From the IMG/VR virus record IMGVR_UViG_2920962495_000002, positions 2,873-66,872 of that record: DNA of 64,000 bases. One strand, 5' to 3'. Positions 1 through 8,833 of the stretch are shown in pieces (positions within the stretch are counted from its first letter, which is position 1; every line of letters begins with the position of its first letter). A model generated the notes under the pieces. It made no database searches, was not told where the DNA came from, and saw nothing but the letters and a program-made list of their open reading frames with translations. This DNA is from a virus. The position numbers were made by a program, and so were the translations under genes.

Positions 1-96
1 GTAGTATTCAGCCTTGCCAGCGCTGGCTTGATTAGCCTTGCGCTGTGCTACCTTCTTGCGCTTATCACGGTTTTTAGCTTTAGCCATTGGTTGCTC

Positions 97-495
97 CTAT
101 GCAAACATATCCATTTGCTTTTTTGTTTTTGCACTCGACGCTAAGCTTTTGTAGTGCTTGTAAATAGATTGTGCGTCGCGCTGATCGATCCACGCGCAGT
201 TGGTCAAGACATTGACCTGTACTTTCGACAAAGCTTCATCGACAACGTGCATATTTTCGATATAATCATCAACTGTTACCGTCACGCTATCTTGCATCTC
301 GCTGTGCCAAGAGTTTGAAAAGTACCGCCATAACGACACCCTTACCTTATCTTCGTCGCACAGATGAAAGTAAAGATCGTACTTATAACTACTGGTCGGC
401 AGGTGCAGCAAGACACTACCGATATCACAAGGTGGTTTTTTAAATAAAACCAAGTGACTAAACTTCGAGCATTCCAACAACTTATCGCTATCCAT
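97..495 (-). CDS. Hypothetical phage protein with C-terminal clamp-binding-like motif (QMDMF)
   Basis: 132-aa ORF overlapping the next gene in the leftward operon; ends KKQMDMFA. Confidence 0.55.
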   Translation of the reverse strand: MDSDKLLECSKFSHLVLFKKPPCDIGSVLLHLPTSSYKYDLYFHLCDEDKVRVSLWRYFSNSWHSEMQDSVTVTVDDYIENMHVVDEALSKVQVNVLTNCAWIDQRDAQSIYKHYKSLASSAKTKKQMDMFA

Positions 496-1087
496 GCACC
501 ACCTCCAAACTTAACTCATACCAATCCTGCATCGTGTGCAGGCCATTTAAGATGCTGACTTGCTTAAATACGTGACGCATAAACCCAATGTCGTGACGGC
601 CATGCCAGTTGTGCGGCATACAAGCGATAGCGGTGTTTTCGCAAAACTCATAAATCAGCGTCGGTATCGTGTAGCTACCAAGTTTTGGATAAAGCTTTTT
701 GGTGACCGATGACATGCAAATAAAATCAAAAGCATCGACCGGCACGCCAGCGTTAGACAATAGCTGCATGATCTGCTTTGCGTCGTGACAGACGATATAG
801 TCTGTCTCAACCTTGGCCATAACGTCACTTAAGACATTTTTGTAGTAGTCAGCACCGTCCAGCTCTCTGTGATGAATGCCGTACAAGCCTTTTTGCTCGC
901 TTGTGATTGAGCGCCTTACATAACAGAGATGATGGCTTTCTTCCCAAGGCTTCTTGGGGTTTACTTCAATAACGCCCTGATTTGTATCAGTGAACATGAT
1001 CTGCGACGATGCCACCTGCGTCGCTTGGGCGTACCTGGTTGTGTCGGTCGCCTTGATGTCGATAATTGTTGCCGTTTTTGTGTTCAT
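488..1087 (-). CDS. DnaQ/DEDDh-like 3'-5' exonuclease-fold protein, possibly degenerate
   Basis: IMFTDTNQG, YIVCHDA and WHGRHD sit where ExoI/II/III motifs are expected, but the acidic residues are non-canonical. Confidence 0.45.
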   Translation of the reverse strand: MNTKTATIIDIKATDTTRYAQATQVASSQIMFTDTNQGVIEVNPKKPWEESHHLCYVRRSITSEQKGLYGIHHRELDGADYYKNVLSDVMAKVETDYIVCHDAKQIMQLLSNAGVPVDAFDFICMSSVTKKLYPKLGSYTIPTLIYEFCENTAIACMPHNWHGRHDIGFMRHVFKQVSILNGLHTMQDWYELSLEVVHG

Positions 1088-1300
1088 AGTATTTTTTCCG
1101 TAGCAAGCTAAGTAGGGACCGCTTACGGCGGTGAGTCGGATTTAGAATTTACTCGCATACGAGATTCGCTTTCGGCTTGTCTGCCTCTTACTATTACGGT
1201 ATGCCGAGAGATAGTTAGCAGTCCTCATATCTCCAAAGCATTCTAGGCTTGCGCCTGTGCTGCTGCCGAACTGGTTATTCCAATAAGTTAAAACTGACCG

Positions 1301-1789
1301 TCAAGCCAGCTTGCGCTCGTCACAGTAAATAGGCGTGTTATCTTTGTGCCAAGCCTTATGACACGGATCGCATAACCACATAACATCCAGCGGCTTGTTG
1401 TAGTCGCAATGATGGCCGTGTAGGGCTGACTCATTGCTGCATAACTCGCATTGACTGGGCTTATGCAATCGACCATCACGGACAGCGTTGTTTACTAGGT
1501 CGTGAGCTTTATAGCTACTAGAGTTTCGCTTTCTCCACTCCTTAACACTTGCTTGTTGCCTATCTTTGCCTTGCTCGGTTTGAGCGTACTCTTTGCGAGC
1601 TTGCACACGATGCGGTAGGTTAGCTCTGTCACGGTCAAACTGCTTATAGTAATCGGCGTTTTTAGCTCGATTGGCTTTAACCCTGCTGCGTATGCACTCT
1701 TTACAATCGCCAGTGCCATTTTTACGAATAGCCGATTGGTAAAATTCATCGGTCGGCTTGTCGGTTTTGCAGTATCTACAATTAATCAT
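1301..1789 (-). CDS. Zinc-finger/HNH-like phage protein
   Basis: CxxC pairs (CRYC, CKEC, CELC) and HHCDYNKPLDVMWLCDPCH. Confidence 0.6.
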   Translation of the reverse strand: MINCRYCKTDKPTDEFYQSAIRKNGTGDCKECIRSRVKANRAKNADYYKQFDRDRANLPHRVQARKEYAQTEQGKDRQQASVKEWRKRNSSSYKAHDLVNNAVRDGRLHKPSQCELCSNESALHGHHCDYNKPLDVMWLCDPCHKAWHKDNTPIYCDERKLA

Positions 1790-1798
1790 TACAGCCTC

Positions 1799-2572
1799 CT
1801 AGAATGGGATTTGTTCATCTACTGGACCACCGCCATTCATGGCAGGGTTGTTGGCTGGCGCGTTGTTCTGGTTTTGATGCCCCTGCTGGTTCTGAGTAGA
1901 TCCGCCACGCTGATAGGTGACGCCGTTATTCTGCTGACCGCCTTGTGGCTGGCTAGTACGTTGATTGTTATAGCCGCCTCGATTGCCGCCCATCTGTGCA
2001 TCAACTTCCTTTTCTGACTTCTGCGAGTAACCAATCAGGCGCTCCATCTGCACCTCAATCTGCTGTGGCGGTGCCTGGTCCTTTTGTTCTTGCAAAGTCT
2101 GGCGCTTCTGATTGAAGGCGGCGAACAGCTGCGTCTTCTTGCGCTTCTCACCGTTGTAAATTTCAAACTCATCAATAAACAGACCAGTGAAGTGCTTGCC
2201 CATTAATTCATTGGCCACCGTCATCTGAGTTGGGACCACCTTGCCAGCCGCAGCATCGTACTTGTCGATATTAGCTTGCGTTGGGGTGAGTGTCGTAACG
2301 CCAGTGACCGCCATAATGCTTTGTAGCTGGTTGTAAAAGCCTTCGATATAACTGCCGTCTTGCTTCATAAACCAAAGAGTGAAGTAACCTTTCTGACCAT
2401 CTTTGTTGAACACATCAAAAGCCATGCCGGTTGTGCCAGTGTTGTTTGATACAACAAACTCAGCGCGGCCAATTTTGACTAGCTGCTCAGTATTGCCATC
2501 AAAAAACATACCGCCACCGGTGTTGGCTTTAAGGGCTGCTGTTTCGTTTAGCTGGATAGTAGGGAAGTTCAT
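1799..2572 (-). CDS. Phage single-stranded DNA-binding protein (DUF669-like)
   Basis: G/N/Q-rich linker and acidic-aromatic tail DEQIPF; adjacent to the AAA ATPase. Confidence 0.65.
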   Translation of the reverse strand: MNFPTIQLNETAALKANTGGGMFFDGNTEQLVKIGRAEFVVSNNTGTTGMAFDVFNKDGQKGYFTLWFMKQDGSYIEGFYNQLQSIMAVTGVTTLTPTQANIDKYDAAAGKVVPTQMTVANELMGKHFTGLFIDEFEIYNGEKRKKTQLFAAFNQKRQTLQEQKDQAPPQQIEVQMERLIGYSQKSEKEVDAQMGGNRGGYNNQRTSQPQGGQQNNGVTYQRGGSTQNQQGHQNQNNAPANNPAMNGGGPVDEQIPF

Positions 2573-2593
2573 AAGTAAATCCTTAAATTAAAG

Positions 2594-3253
2594 TTAGGCT
2601 GTTTGCGCCTGTTGATTAGGGTTTTTTGCAATGCCATAGAAGTCGCAGATTGCGTCATCTACAGCGTTTAAATCATTCGGTATCAACTCACTGTTAAACA
2701 TTTCATGCGGCGTTTTAACAGTGGTGGTGCCGTCATTCTTGGTCATAAAGTAATGTTCGCCATTACGAATGGTGGTTTGCAGTACGATAGTCACCATGCC
2801 TTCAAGTACAATCTTTTCATCGAGCATCTTGCCCATCGTTTTAATCTTCGTCTTGCCTTCCACCTCTTCGATATGCGATAAAATGTAGATGCGTTGGTCA
2901 GGGTGCGTATTATTGATAGCCGTGTTCAGAATGTTCCAAGCGTTCTGACCAATCCGATTAAAGCGCTGGAATACTGAGTTGCCACCACCTTCATCGGTCA
3001 CACCGCGCATAAACTCATTGGCCATGATGTACTGGAAGTCATCGATAATCACGATAGGCGCTTGAAAGGTTGGCAAACGATCATTAATCTCGTAAGCATT
3101 ATCCGTGTTCAGCTTTCTAAATTGCTTGCCGGCTCGAAAGGGTAGCGGCTTACCCATGACGTTGATAACGCCACATAGCGACGGGTCGAGATTTTGCATA
3201 CTAAAAGACTTGCCCGAACCGCTATTACCTAGAATTAAAGTCACGATAGCCAT
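2594..3253 (-). CDS. AAA-family ATPase, Sak4-like recombination protein
   Basis: Walker A GNSGSGKS, Walker B IVIIDD; paired with the SSB-like gene. Confidence 0.75.
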   Translation of the reverse strand: MAIVTLILGNSGSGKSFSMQNLDPSLCGVINVMGKPLPFRAGKQFRKLNTDNAYEINDRLPTFQAPIVIIDDFQYIMANEFMRGVTDEGGGNSVFQRFNRIGQNAWNILNTAINNTHPDQRIYILSHIEEVEGKTKIKTMGKMLDEKIVLEGMVTIVLQTTIRNGEHYFMTKNDGTTTVKTPHEMFNSELIPNDLNAVDDAICDFYGIAKNPNQQAQTA

Positions 3254-3423
3254 TAGTTACTCTCCTCACTAAGACCAAACACGCTATCAAACTGCGCTAG
3301 CATCTGGCCCATCATTTGTTTTTCATCTTCACTGGCTTGCTCGCTGATATTGTTCGCGAACCAGTGCTGCTCTTCCTGATCCATCCATTCCCATGAGGCT
3401 TGATCTTGTTGATACTCACTCAT
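3253..3423 (-). CDS. Small acidic hypothetical protein (56 aa; not in ORF track)
   Basis: Hand-translated MSEYQQDQASWEWMDQEEQHWF...LSEESN; fills the gap with overlapping stop/start junctions. Confidence 0.55.
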   Translation of the reverse strand: MSEYQQDQASWEWMDQEEQHWFANNISEQASEDEKQMMGQMLAQFDSVFGLSEESN

Positions 3424-4031
3424 AATTGGCACTCCATCTTATTCGCATGCCATGCAATGCTTTCTGTGAGTAATATCGACTTATTGAGGTCGCTATTTTG
3501 TGTATTGGCTGGATTGCGATTATTGACTATTGAATTAACCGCACGCGGTATAAGCATCAAGTTGTCGATATTGCAATTAGTTCTATCGTTATCCAGAAAC
3601 CGCAAGTTATAACCCTTCTTTAGCTTTCCGTGATGCGCTTCCCAAACCACTAACTGCTTGAGGCGGAATTTGTTAGGCTCTGCGACTTTCACTGTGACAT
3701 AGCCGTCATCTCTTATTCGTTCGTAGCCCACAGGCTTATGGTTGTGAGGCACGCTTCCTTTTTTGAATGAAGTTTTGTTAGCACCCATGTAACCAGTAAC
3801 GCCTTTATTCCATGACTTCTGACCTTTCTTCATGCGAGTATCGCGGCCATTTGCCCATTTATTTCTTTTGCAAAGACCAGTGATGTTTTGCTGAGCAACA
3901 TTGCGATTAAATTTTGCATTAAACTTTTGAGACAGCTCTTTTCTGCTGATACCTGCCTGATTAACTTCTATCCATGCCAGCTCAATATCAGAATAAGCAA
4001 TAGGGGCGCGTTTGCGACTATCATGGCTCAT
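3420..4031 (-). CDS. HNH endonuclease (HNH_3-type phage family)
   Basis: KTSFKKG..PHN.KPVGYER..DGY..VK and VWEAHHG...FLDNDRTNCNIDNL. Confidence 0.8.
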   Translation of the reverse strand: MSHDSRKRAPIAYSDIELAWIEVNQAGISRKELSQKFNAKFNRNVAQQNITGLCKRNKWANGRDTRMKKGQKSWNKGVTGYMGANKTSFKKGSVPHNHKPVGYERIRDDGYVTVKVAEPNKFRLKQLVVWEAHHGKLKKGYNLRFLDNDRTNCNIDNLMLIPRAVNSIVNNRNPANTQNSDLNKSILLTESIAWHANKMECQL

Positions 4032-4272
4032 AGGTAACTCCTTGCGGCATCAAATACTCTTCGAGTTTTGCGGGAGCATGGTCTGCTATCAACTTGGCGC
4101 GTTGATTAACCACTCGCTCACCATCAATAATTTGCGCTGCAATCAAAGCAACCGCCTTGCTTTTCTTAACCTCTAAATCCAAGTCTTTCTCTTCCATATC
4201 TGGATTTAAAAGGCGTTCCAACTGGTCGTGCAAGTGGCCATTTAAGGCATTGGTACTTCTGTCCTTACTCAT
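4021..4272 (-). CDS. Small phage protein of the type found upstream of HNH_3 genes
   Basis: LNGHLHDQLERL...EVKKSKAV; overlaps both neighbours. Confidence 0.65.
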   Translation of the reverse strand: MSKDRSTNALNGHLHDQLERLLNPDMEEKDLDLEVKKSKAVALIAAQIIDGERVVNQRAKLIADHAPAKLEEYLMPQGVTYEP

Positions 4273-4535
4273 GACTTTCTCCCATACGCTTCCGCGATAA
4301 CCTTGTTTGCATGTGCCGCTGTTTTGGCTTTGTCTGACATCTCGTATTCAACATCATTCAAATCAGCATCAAAATCACTGTCCTCGTAGTAACCCGCCAG
4401 CATCAACTTGTGACGCTCGACTTGTGCATCTTGATTTGCAAATTCGCTGTCTACAGCGTTTGGCGCGACTGCAAAAGCAATGACTGACCATGTTCCAACG
4501 GCTGCCAGTAATAGGCTGGCTAGTAACTTGCTCAC
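4269..4535 (-). CDS. Hypothetical protein with hydrophobic N-terminus
   Basis: 88 aa; 4-nt overlaps with both neighbours. Confidence 0.6.
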   Translation of the reverse strand: MSKLLASLLLAAVGTWSVIAFAVAPNAVDSEFANQDAQVERHKLMLAGYYEDSDFDADLNDVEYEMSDKAKTAAHANKVIAEAYGRKS

Positions 4536-4828
4536 ATTGCTCTCCTTAATTCACTACTGGTTAATGGGTTGCCTGTCTCGCTGACTGGCACTGCGTATAG
4601 GTGCGGCACACCAAGGTCGGATATAAACTGCGTACCGTGAAAGCAATGAATGTACGTGACAAACATTTCATCAATTGCATCTGCATCACTAACATCTGAC
4701 ACAGCGCATAAAATCAAACTGTCATCATGGTTGCGGCCACGTAAGGCGTCTTTTGCTAATTCTGAACCTGATAGTTCGATTGGGCTGGCGTGTCTGCCAG
4801 TGTTGATTCGTTCTAATAAACCTGTCAT
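4532..4828 (-). CDS. Hypothetical phage protein
   Basis: 98 aa; SD-like ACGGAG upstream. Confidence 0.6.
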   Translation of the reverse strand: MTGLLERINTGRHASPIELSGSELAKDALRGRNHDDSLILCAVSDVSDADAIDEMFVTYIHCFHGTQFISDLGVPHLYAVPVSETGNPLTSSELRRAM

Positions 4829-4889
4829 AATCTAATTACTCCGTAGTAGAGTGTTATGCCCCGATCAGTTCATGCTGATTGGGGCTTTT

Positions 4890-5134
4890 TTATGCCTGAA
4901 TTTTGACGTTAAGCGCAGCGATTAAAGCGTCGGCGTGTTGCACTGCTGACAGCGCTATCTGAACGCTACTCACTTGCTTGCCAGCGTGGGCTTGAATAAG
5001 TCCTTGCATTGCTGATGCGGCTAACTGGTCGCTAAACTCTGCCCCATATCCTCTATTGCTGCTTTTACCGCGTTGACTGTGTAGATTGATGTTGCTCTAT
5101 ACGCGTTAAGCACCCTTATATCTACTTCGCTCAT
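4890..5134 (-). pseudogene. Small phage gene split by a 1-nt frameshift in a G4 run
   Basis: Adding one G at ATGGGGC (5042-5045) gives an 81-aa ORF ...MGAEFSDQLAASAMQGLIQ...HADALIAAL. Confidence 0.45.
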
Positions 5135-5289
5135 GCGTTCTCCTGATTCAAAGGCTTTGCTCTAACAGCGTGGCAATCTTCGCCGTATTGTTCGCGCAAA
5201 TCCTCCATGCGCTCATCAACATCATGAACCCATTCAGTTGTGGTAATTTCTTCGCCGCTATCAAGAAATACCGTAAATTCAAATTCCAT
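5131..5289 (-). CDS. Small acidic hypothetical protein (52 aa; first gene of leftward operon)
   Basis: MEFEFTVFLDSGEEITTTEW...; SD-like ACGGAG upstream; ATGA overlap with next gene. Confidence 0.5.
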   Translation of the reverse strand: MEFEFTVFLDSGEEITTTEWVHDVDERMEDLREQYGEDCHAVRAKPLNQENA

Positions 5290-5408
5290 GCTTTTATCTC
5301 CGTAGTAGTGGTCATAGACCGTTGGTTAATTCAGCATTGACAGCTAGTGATCGCTGCGTCGTCTGCGTTTTGCCTTGCGATGTGGTTGTTCTTAACCAGT
5401 AACGCTAT

Positions 5409-5459
5409 GTTCGCATATACGAACCAAACTGTCAAACACTTTTGTTCTAAAAAGCGAAC
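5409..5459 (-). promoter_or_regulatory. Left operator/promoter region (OL/PL-like)
   Basis: GTTCG-CATATA-CGAAC (5409-5424), GTTCT-AAAAAG-CGAAC (5444-5459), TTGACA on minus strand (5430-5435); the -10 is weak. Confidence 0.6.
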
Positions 5460-5522
5460 TATTTTCACATAGGCAATAAAAAACCCCGATATACGGGGCT
5501 TTGAGTGTTAAATTATTTTAGC

Positions 5523-6203
5523 TTATCTATAACGAGTATATTTACTATCTACAACGCCAACCAAGTTGCACTCGGTCATGGGCTGCATTTTTTGGTCAGG
5601 CCAATCAGGGTTAAGTGGTTTTAAGTACATATCATCATAACCATTGCCCATAACAAGCTGCTTAAACGTGGCTTCCGTATCGTCGTTACATTGCACAATG
5701 ACCAGATCGCCGTCTTTTAAATCCCAAGGTGTTATGTTTGGCTCAACGTAAACAATTTCGTCAGGCTTAAATTCAGGCCACATACTACGACCTCGAACCA
5801 CTAATCCAAACGCCATATCAGATAAATGCGCGGGCTTTGGAATCCAGTCTATAACATCATCTAACGTGGTCGGCATAACCTCCGCCCAGTTTCCCGCGGC
5901 TACCCAACTGATAACTGGCACCTCGCCATTCATAGCATGGTCAACATCGACACGCTCAGTGCCTAGTGGGGTTAATCGCTCGCTAGGCGCGTTATTCATG
6001 CTACCCACACCTGTTAGCAGCCAATCAGTATTGCAGCGCAAATATGCCGCTAATTTGCTCGCATACTCGCCTGATGGTTTGGTGCTGCCATTAACCCAAC
6101 TGCTAATAGTCGCCTTACCTGCGCCAGTCGCCCTCTTTATGTCAGCTTGGCTTACTTTTAGCTCCGACATTCTTTGATTGATTCTATCTGCTGCGCTATT
6201 CAT
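5523..6203 (-). CDS. cI: CI-like repressor (HTH plus S24 autopeptidase)
   Basis: N-terminal HTH, VPVISWVAAG cleavage site, VRGRSM.PEF Ser motif, ATFKQL Lys motif; start taken at ATG 6203 with GGAGG SD. Confidence 0.92.
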   Translation of the reverse strand: MNSAADRINQRMSELKVSQADIKRATGAGKATISSWVNGSTKPSGEYASKLAAYLRCNTDWLLTGVGSMNNAPSERLTPLGTERVDVDHAMNGEVPVISWVAAGNWAEVMPTTLDDVIDWIPKPAHLSDMAFGLVVRGRSMWPEFKPDEIVYVEPNITPWDLKDGDLVIVQCNDDTEATFKQLVMGNGYDDMYLKPLNPDWPDQKMQPMTECNLVGVVDSKYTRYR

Positions 6204-6220
6204 AAGTATTCCTCCTGTTT

Positions 6221-6293
6221 GTTCGCATATCAAAACATAAATGCTTGACATATTCTCGAACAATGTGTTCTAATATACGAACATTAAGCGAAC
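6221..6293 (+). promoter_or_regulatory. Right operator/promoter region (OR/PR-like)
   Basis: GTTCG-CATATC-AAAAC (6221-6236), TTGACA (6245-6250), GTTCT-AATATA-CGAAC (6267-6282), further CGAAC half-sites. Confidence 0.65.
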
Positions 6294-6305
6294 GGGAATA
6301 CGAAC

Positions 6306-6506
6306 ATGACTTTCGATGATTTATTAGATTACTTCGACGGTCAGAGCTATAGAGACATAAGTAAGCAACTTGGCGTCCCTATCGGGCAACTGACCTATTA
6401 CAAACAAAACGGAATCCCTGAAGGACGGCAAGCAATTATCGAACTTCAAACCAACGGCGATTTAAAGGCCGATATTCCAAAACTTATAAAGCTAGAGGAG
6501 GCCTAA
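6306..6506 (+). CDS. cro: Cro-like repressor
   Basis: 66-aa HTH protein divergent from cI; GIPEGRQAIIELQTNGDLKAD tail. Confidence 0.8.
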   Translation: MTFDDLLDYFDGQSYRDISKQLGVPIGQLTYYKQNGIPEGRQAIIELQTNGDLKADIPKLIKLEEA

Positions 6507-6508
6507 CC

Positions 6509-6709
6509 ATGTACGACAACCCACGACACATCAAAGACCACAGGGTCAATGCTCGCTTTAATGATGATGAAATTGAAGCGATAAACAGCGTAGCGAACCT
6601 AACCGGATTACAAAAAAGCACTTTAGTCCGTAAAGCCACGCTACGTCTGGTCGAAGAACTTAAAGCAGAGTTTGAACGAAATCTATCAGGCATGGAAGAC
6701 GCAGTTTAG
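6509..6709 (+). CDS. Small DNA-binding protein (RHH-like, cII position)
   Basis: HRVNARFNDDE...QKSTLVR ribbon-helix-helix-like pattern. Confidence 0.6.
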   Translation: MYDNPRHIKDHRVNARFNDDEIEAINSVANLTGLQKSTLVRKATLRLVEELKAEFERNLSGMEDAV

Positions 6710-6738
6710 GCGTTTTTAGGTAACCGAAAGGAGGGCTT

Positions 6739-6921
6739 ATGCCTGATATACCAACACATTTTAAGGAAGACGAGATAGACGACATCAAATGGGCGGCAAA
6801 CCAACTTGGCATGACGGTAGATGAGTTTACTGCTCACGCAGCCAATCAACTTGTTAAGAAGTCAAAAGAAGATATGCGTAAGCGTATCGAGAACCCTAAA
6901 TCAATAAGGATCATCGAGTAG
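6739..6921 (+). CDS. Small hypothetical, possibly DNA-binding protein
   Basis: 60 aa with GGAGG SD. Confidence 0.55.
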   Translation: MPDIPTHFKEDEIDDIKWAANQLGMTVDEFTAHAANQLVKKSKEDMRKRIENPKSIRIIE

Positions 6922-6943
6922 ATGATTTTCGGTAACCGAAAAG

Positions 6944-7447
6944 GTGACAAAAATGGAACTAATACTAAGCGATTTATTTAGCAGCAACGAAGCCAAGATG
7001 ACCAGTCTTGATATTGCCGAGTTGGTAGGCAGTCGTCACGACAAGGTTAAACAGAGTATTAAGCGGCTATCAACCAATAACAAGCATCGCAACGCGATTA
7101 TATCCCAACCCCCAATGGTGGATGGGATTAAATCAGCAAATGGCGTGGTGACTCAAGTGTATGTTTTCCAAGGCGAAAAAGCCAAGCGCGACAGTCTTGT
7201 AGTAGTTGCTCAATTATCCCCTGAATTTACGGCCGACATTGTTGACCGCTGGATTTATCTCGAAAAGCAAAACCTATCATTAACCAAGCAGCTTGAATAT
7301 TGGCAGAGAAAAGAAATGGTCGATTTTGCAGAAGGCTCCTTCCACGGCCACGGTCTAGCCAAGCGCAAAGAAACCAAGAAGTTAAACAACGGCAAGATCG
7401 AAGAAATCAAAATCAAGATGCAACCAAGACTGGAGGGTATGAAATGA
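6944..7447 (+). CDS. Rha-family phage regulatory protein
   Basis: MTSLDIAELVGSRHDKVKQSI and VAQLSPEFTADIVDRW. Confidence 0.8.
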   Translation: MTKMELILSDLFSSNEAKMTSLDIAELVGSRHDKVKQSIKRLSTNNKHRNAIISQPPMVDGIKSANGVVTQVYVFQGEKAKRDSLVVVAQLSPEFTADIVDRWIYLEKQNLSLTKQLEYWQRKEMVDFAEGSFHGHGLAKRKETKKLNNGKIEEIKIKMQPRLEGMK

Positions 7448-7592
7448 CTGAGCAAGACATTCAGGCGTGGGAGCGTGAAATCAAACACGCTGAGAAGATG
7501 CAGGAGCAGCGCAAAAGGCAATAAAAAACGCTCATCAGGGCAAACTGAGAGCGTTTCAACAAAACTAAACCTAGAAATTGGAGTATATATCT

Positions 7593-8342
7593 ATGAACAA
7601 CATTATGCAAGTAACTGACATTAGCAAAACAATGAGCAGTCGTGAAATCGCAGCGCTCACCAAGAAAGATCACTCGCATGTCATACGCGATATTCGGTCA
7701 ATGCTATCACAGATAGATGATCCATCTATGGATGATGCTGATTTTAAAGAGGTTTTTGATAGTCGCGGCTATACGTCAGAGATTAGTTTAAACAAAGACT
7801 TAACGCTCACTTTAGTCGCTGGCTATAACTCACGTTTTAGATATACGGTGATTAAGCGCTGGCAAGAACTGGAGGCGCAAGCTAGCCAACCGGTCATGCC
7901 AGCACTACCTAACTTTACTAATCCAGCAGATGCAGCGATTGCATGGGCAGAAGAATATAAAGCTAAAGAAGCGGCACAAGCTCAGGTCACAGAGTTAAAG
8001 CCTAAAGCAGCGGCATTAGACACGCTCAGTCACGCTAAAGGCTCTCTTGGCATACGTGAGACAGCAAACACGGTTGGCATACCAGAGCGCAAGTTTATAG
8101 CGCGTTGTACCGATGAAAACAAGCCAGTGTCATCAAGGTTTATGTACCGCGATGACAAAGGCAAGTTAAGGGCTTACTCGCACCGTATCAAGCAAGGCTT
8201 TATGACTCAAAAAATCACAAGCTATGCAGGCAAGAACGGTAAAAACCTTGTGACAGTGCAGGTTAAATTTACTGCAGCAGGCGTGGCTAAGATTGCAGAG
8301 ATGCTTGAGAAAGAGCGCAACAAAGAATTGGAGGCGGTATGA
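7593..8342 (+). CDS. Rha-N/KilAC (ANT) antirepressor
   Basis: MSSREIAALTKKDHSHVIRDIR, LVAGYN...VIKRWQELE, FTNPADAAIAWA, VKFTAAGVAKI. Confidence 0.85.
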   Translation: MNNIMQVTDISKTMSSREIAALTKKDHSHVIRDIRSMLSQIDDPSMDDADFKEVFDSRGYTSEISLNKDLTLTLVAGYNSRFRYTVIKRWQELEAQASQPVMPALPNFTNPADAAIAWAEEYKAKEAAQAQVTELKPKAAALDTLSHAKGSLGIRETANTVGIPERKFIARCTDENKPVSSRFMYRDDKGKLRAYSHRIKQGFMTQKITSYAGKNGKNLVTVQVKFTAAGVAKIAEMLEKERNKELEAV

Positions 8343-8833
8343 GATTCAGAGACTACCAAGCCGAACAACAAGAAAAATCCATTCACGTTGATACAAGGCA
8401 GCCTATTGGTGAGATTACACCAGCAACTATCTGCAATGGTGTTATTAAGTGCCAGTTATGCGACCAAGATGCGAATAGCGACTACATAGATCAGGATGTT
8501 TTTGTTTGTTTGCGCTGTGCAGACTTAATTAGCAATATTTCTGCATCAGACTTTGGCAGAAGCTCTTTTTCGTTAGCCACATGGGATAGAAATGATTTAT
8601 TTGGGCGTGGCAATCATAGAGAGAAGCTAAAGGATTCTGTTAAGAGGTCTGTGCTTGAAGCTAGCGACTATCGCTGCATTGCTTGTGGTGCAAGTAAGAA
8701 CCTATGTATCGATCATATTATGCCGGTAGCAAAAGGCGGTAGTAACGATATAGAAAACCTGCAAACACTTTGTCGGTCGTGCAACCGACAAAAAGGCACC
8801 AAGACTATGCAGGAATGGGAGGCCTCGAAATGA
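8339..8833 (+). CDS. HNH endonuclease
   Basis: CIACG...IDHIMPVAKGGSNDIENLQTLCRSCN. Confidence 0.9.
   Translation: MRFRDYQAEQQEKSIHVDTRQPIGEITPATICNGVIKCQLCDQDANSDYIDQDVFVCLRCADLISNISASDFGRSSFSLATWDRNDLFGRGNHREKLKDSVKRSVLEASDYRCIACGASKNLCIDHIMPVAKGGSNDIENLQTLCRSCNRQKGTKTMQEWEASK

Noticed and set aside
5409-6282. GTTCG/CGAAC sites as host LexA (SOS) boxes
   Set aside because: Orientation and spacing (GTTCG-N6-CGAAC) match neither CTGT-N8-ACAG nor GAAC-N4-GTTC, and the location flanking cI fits phage operators.
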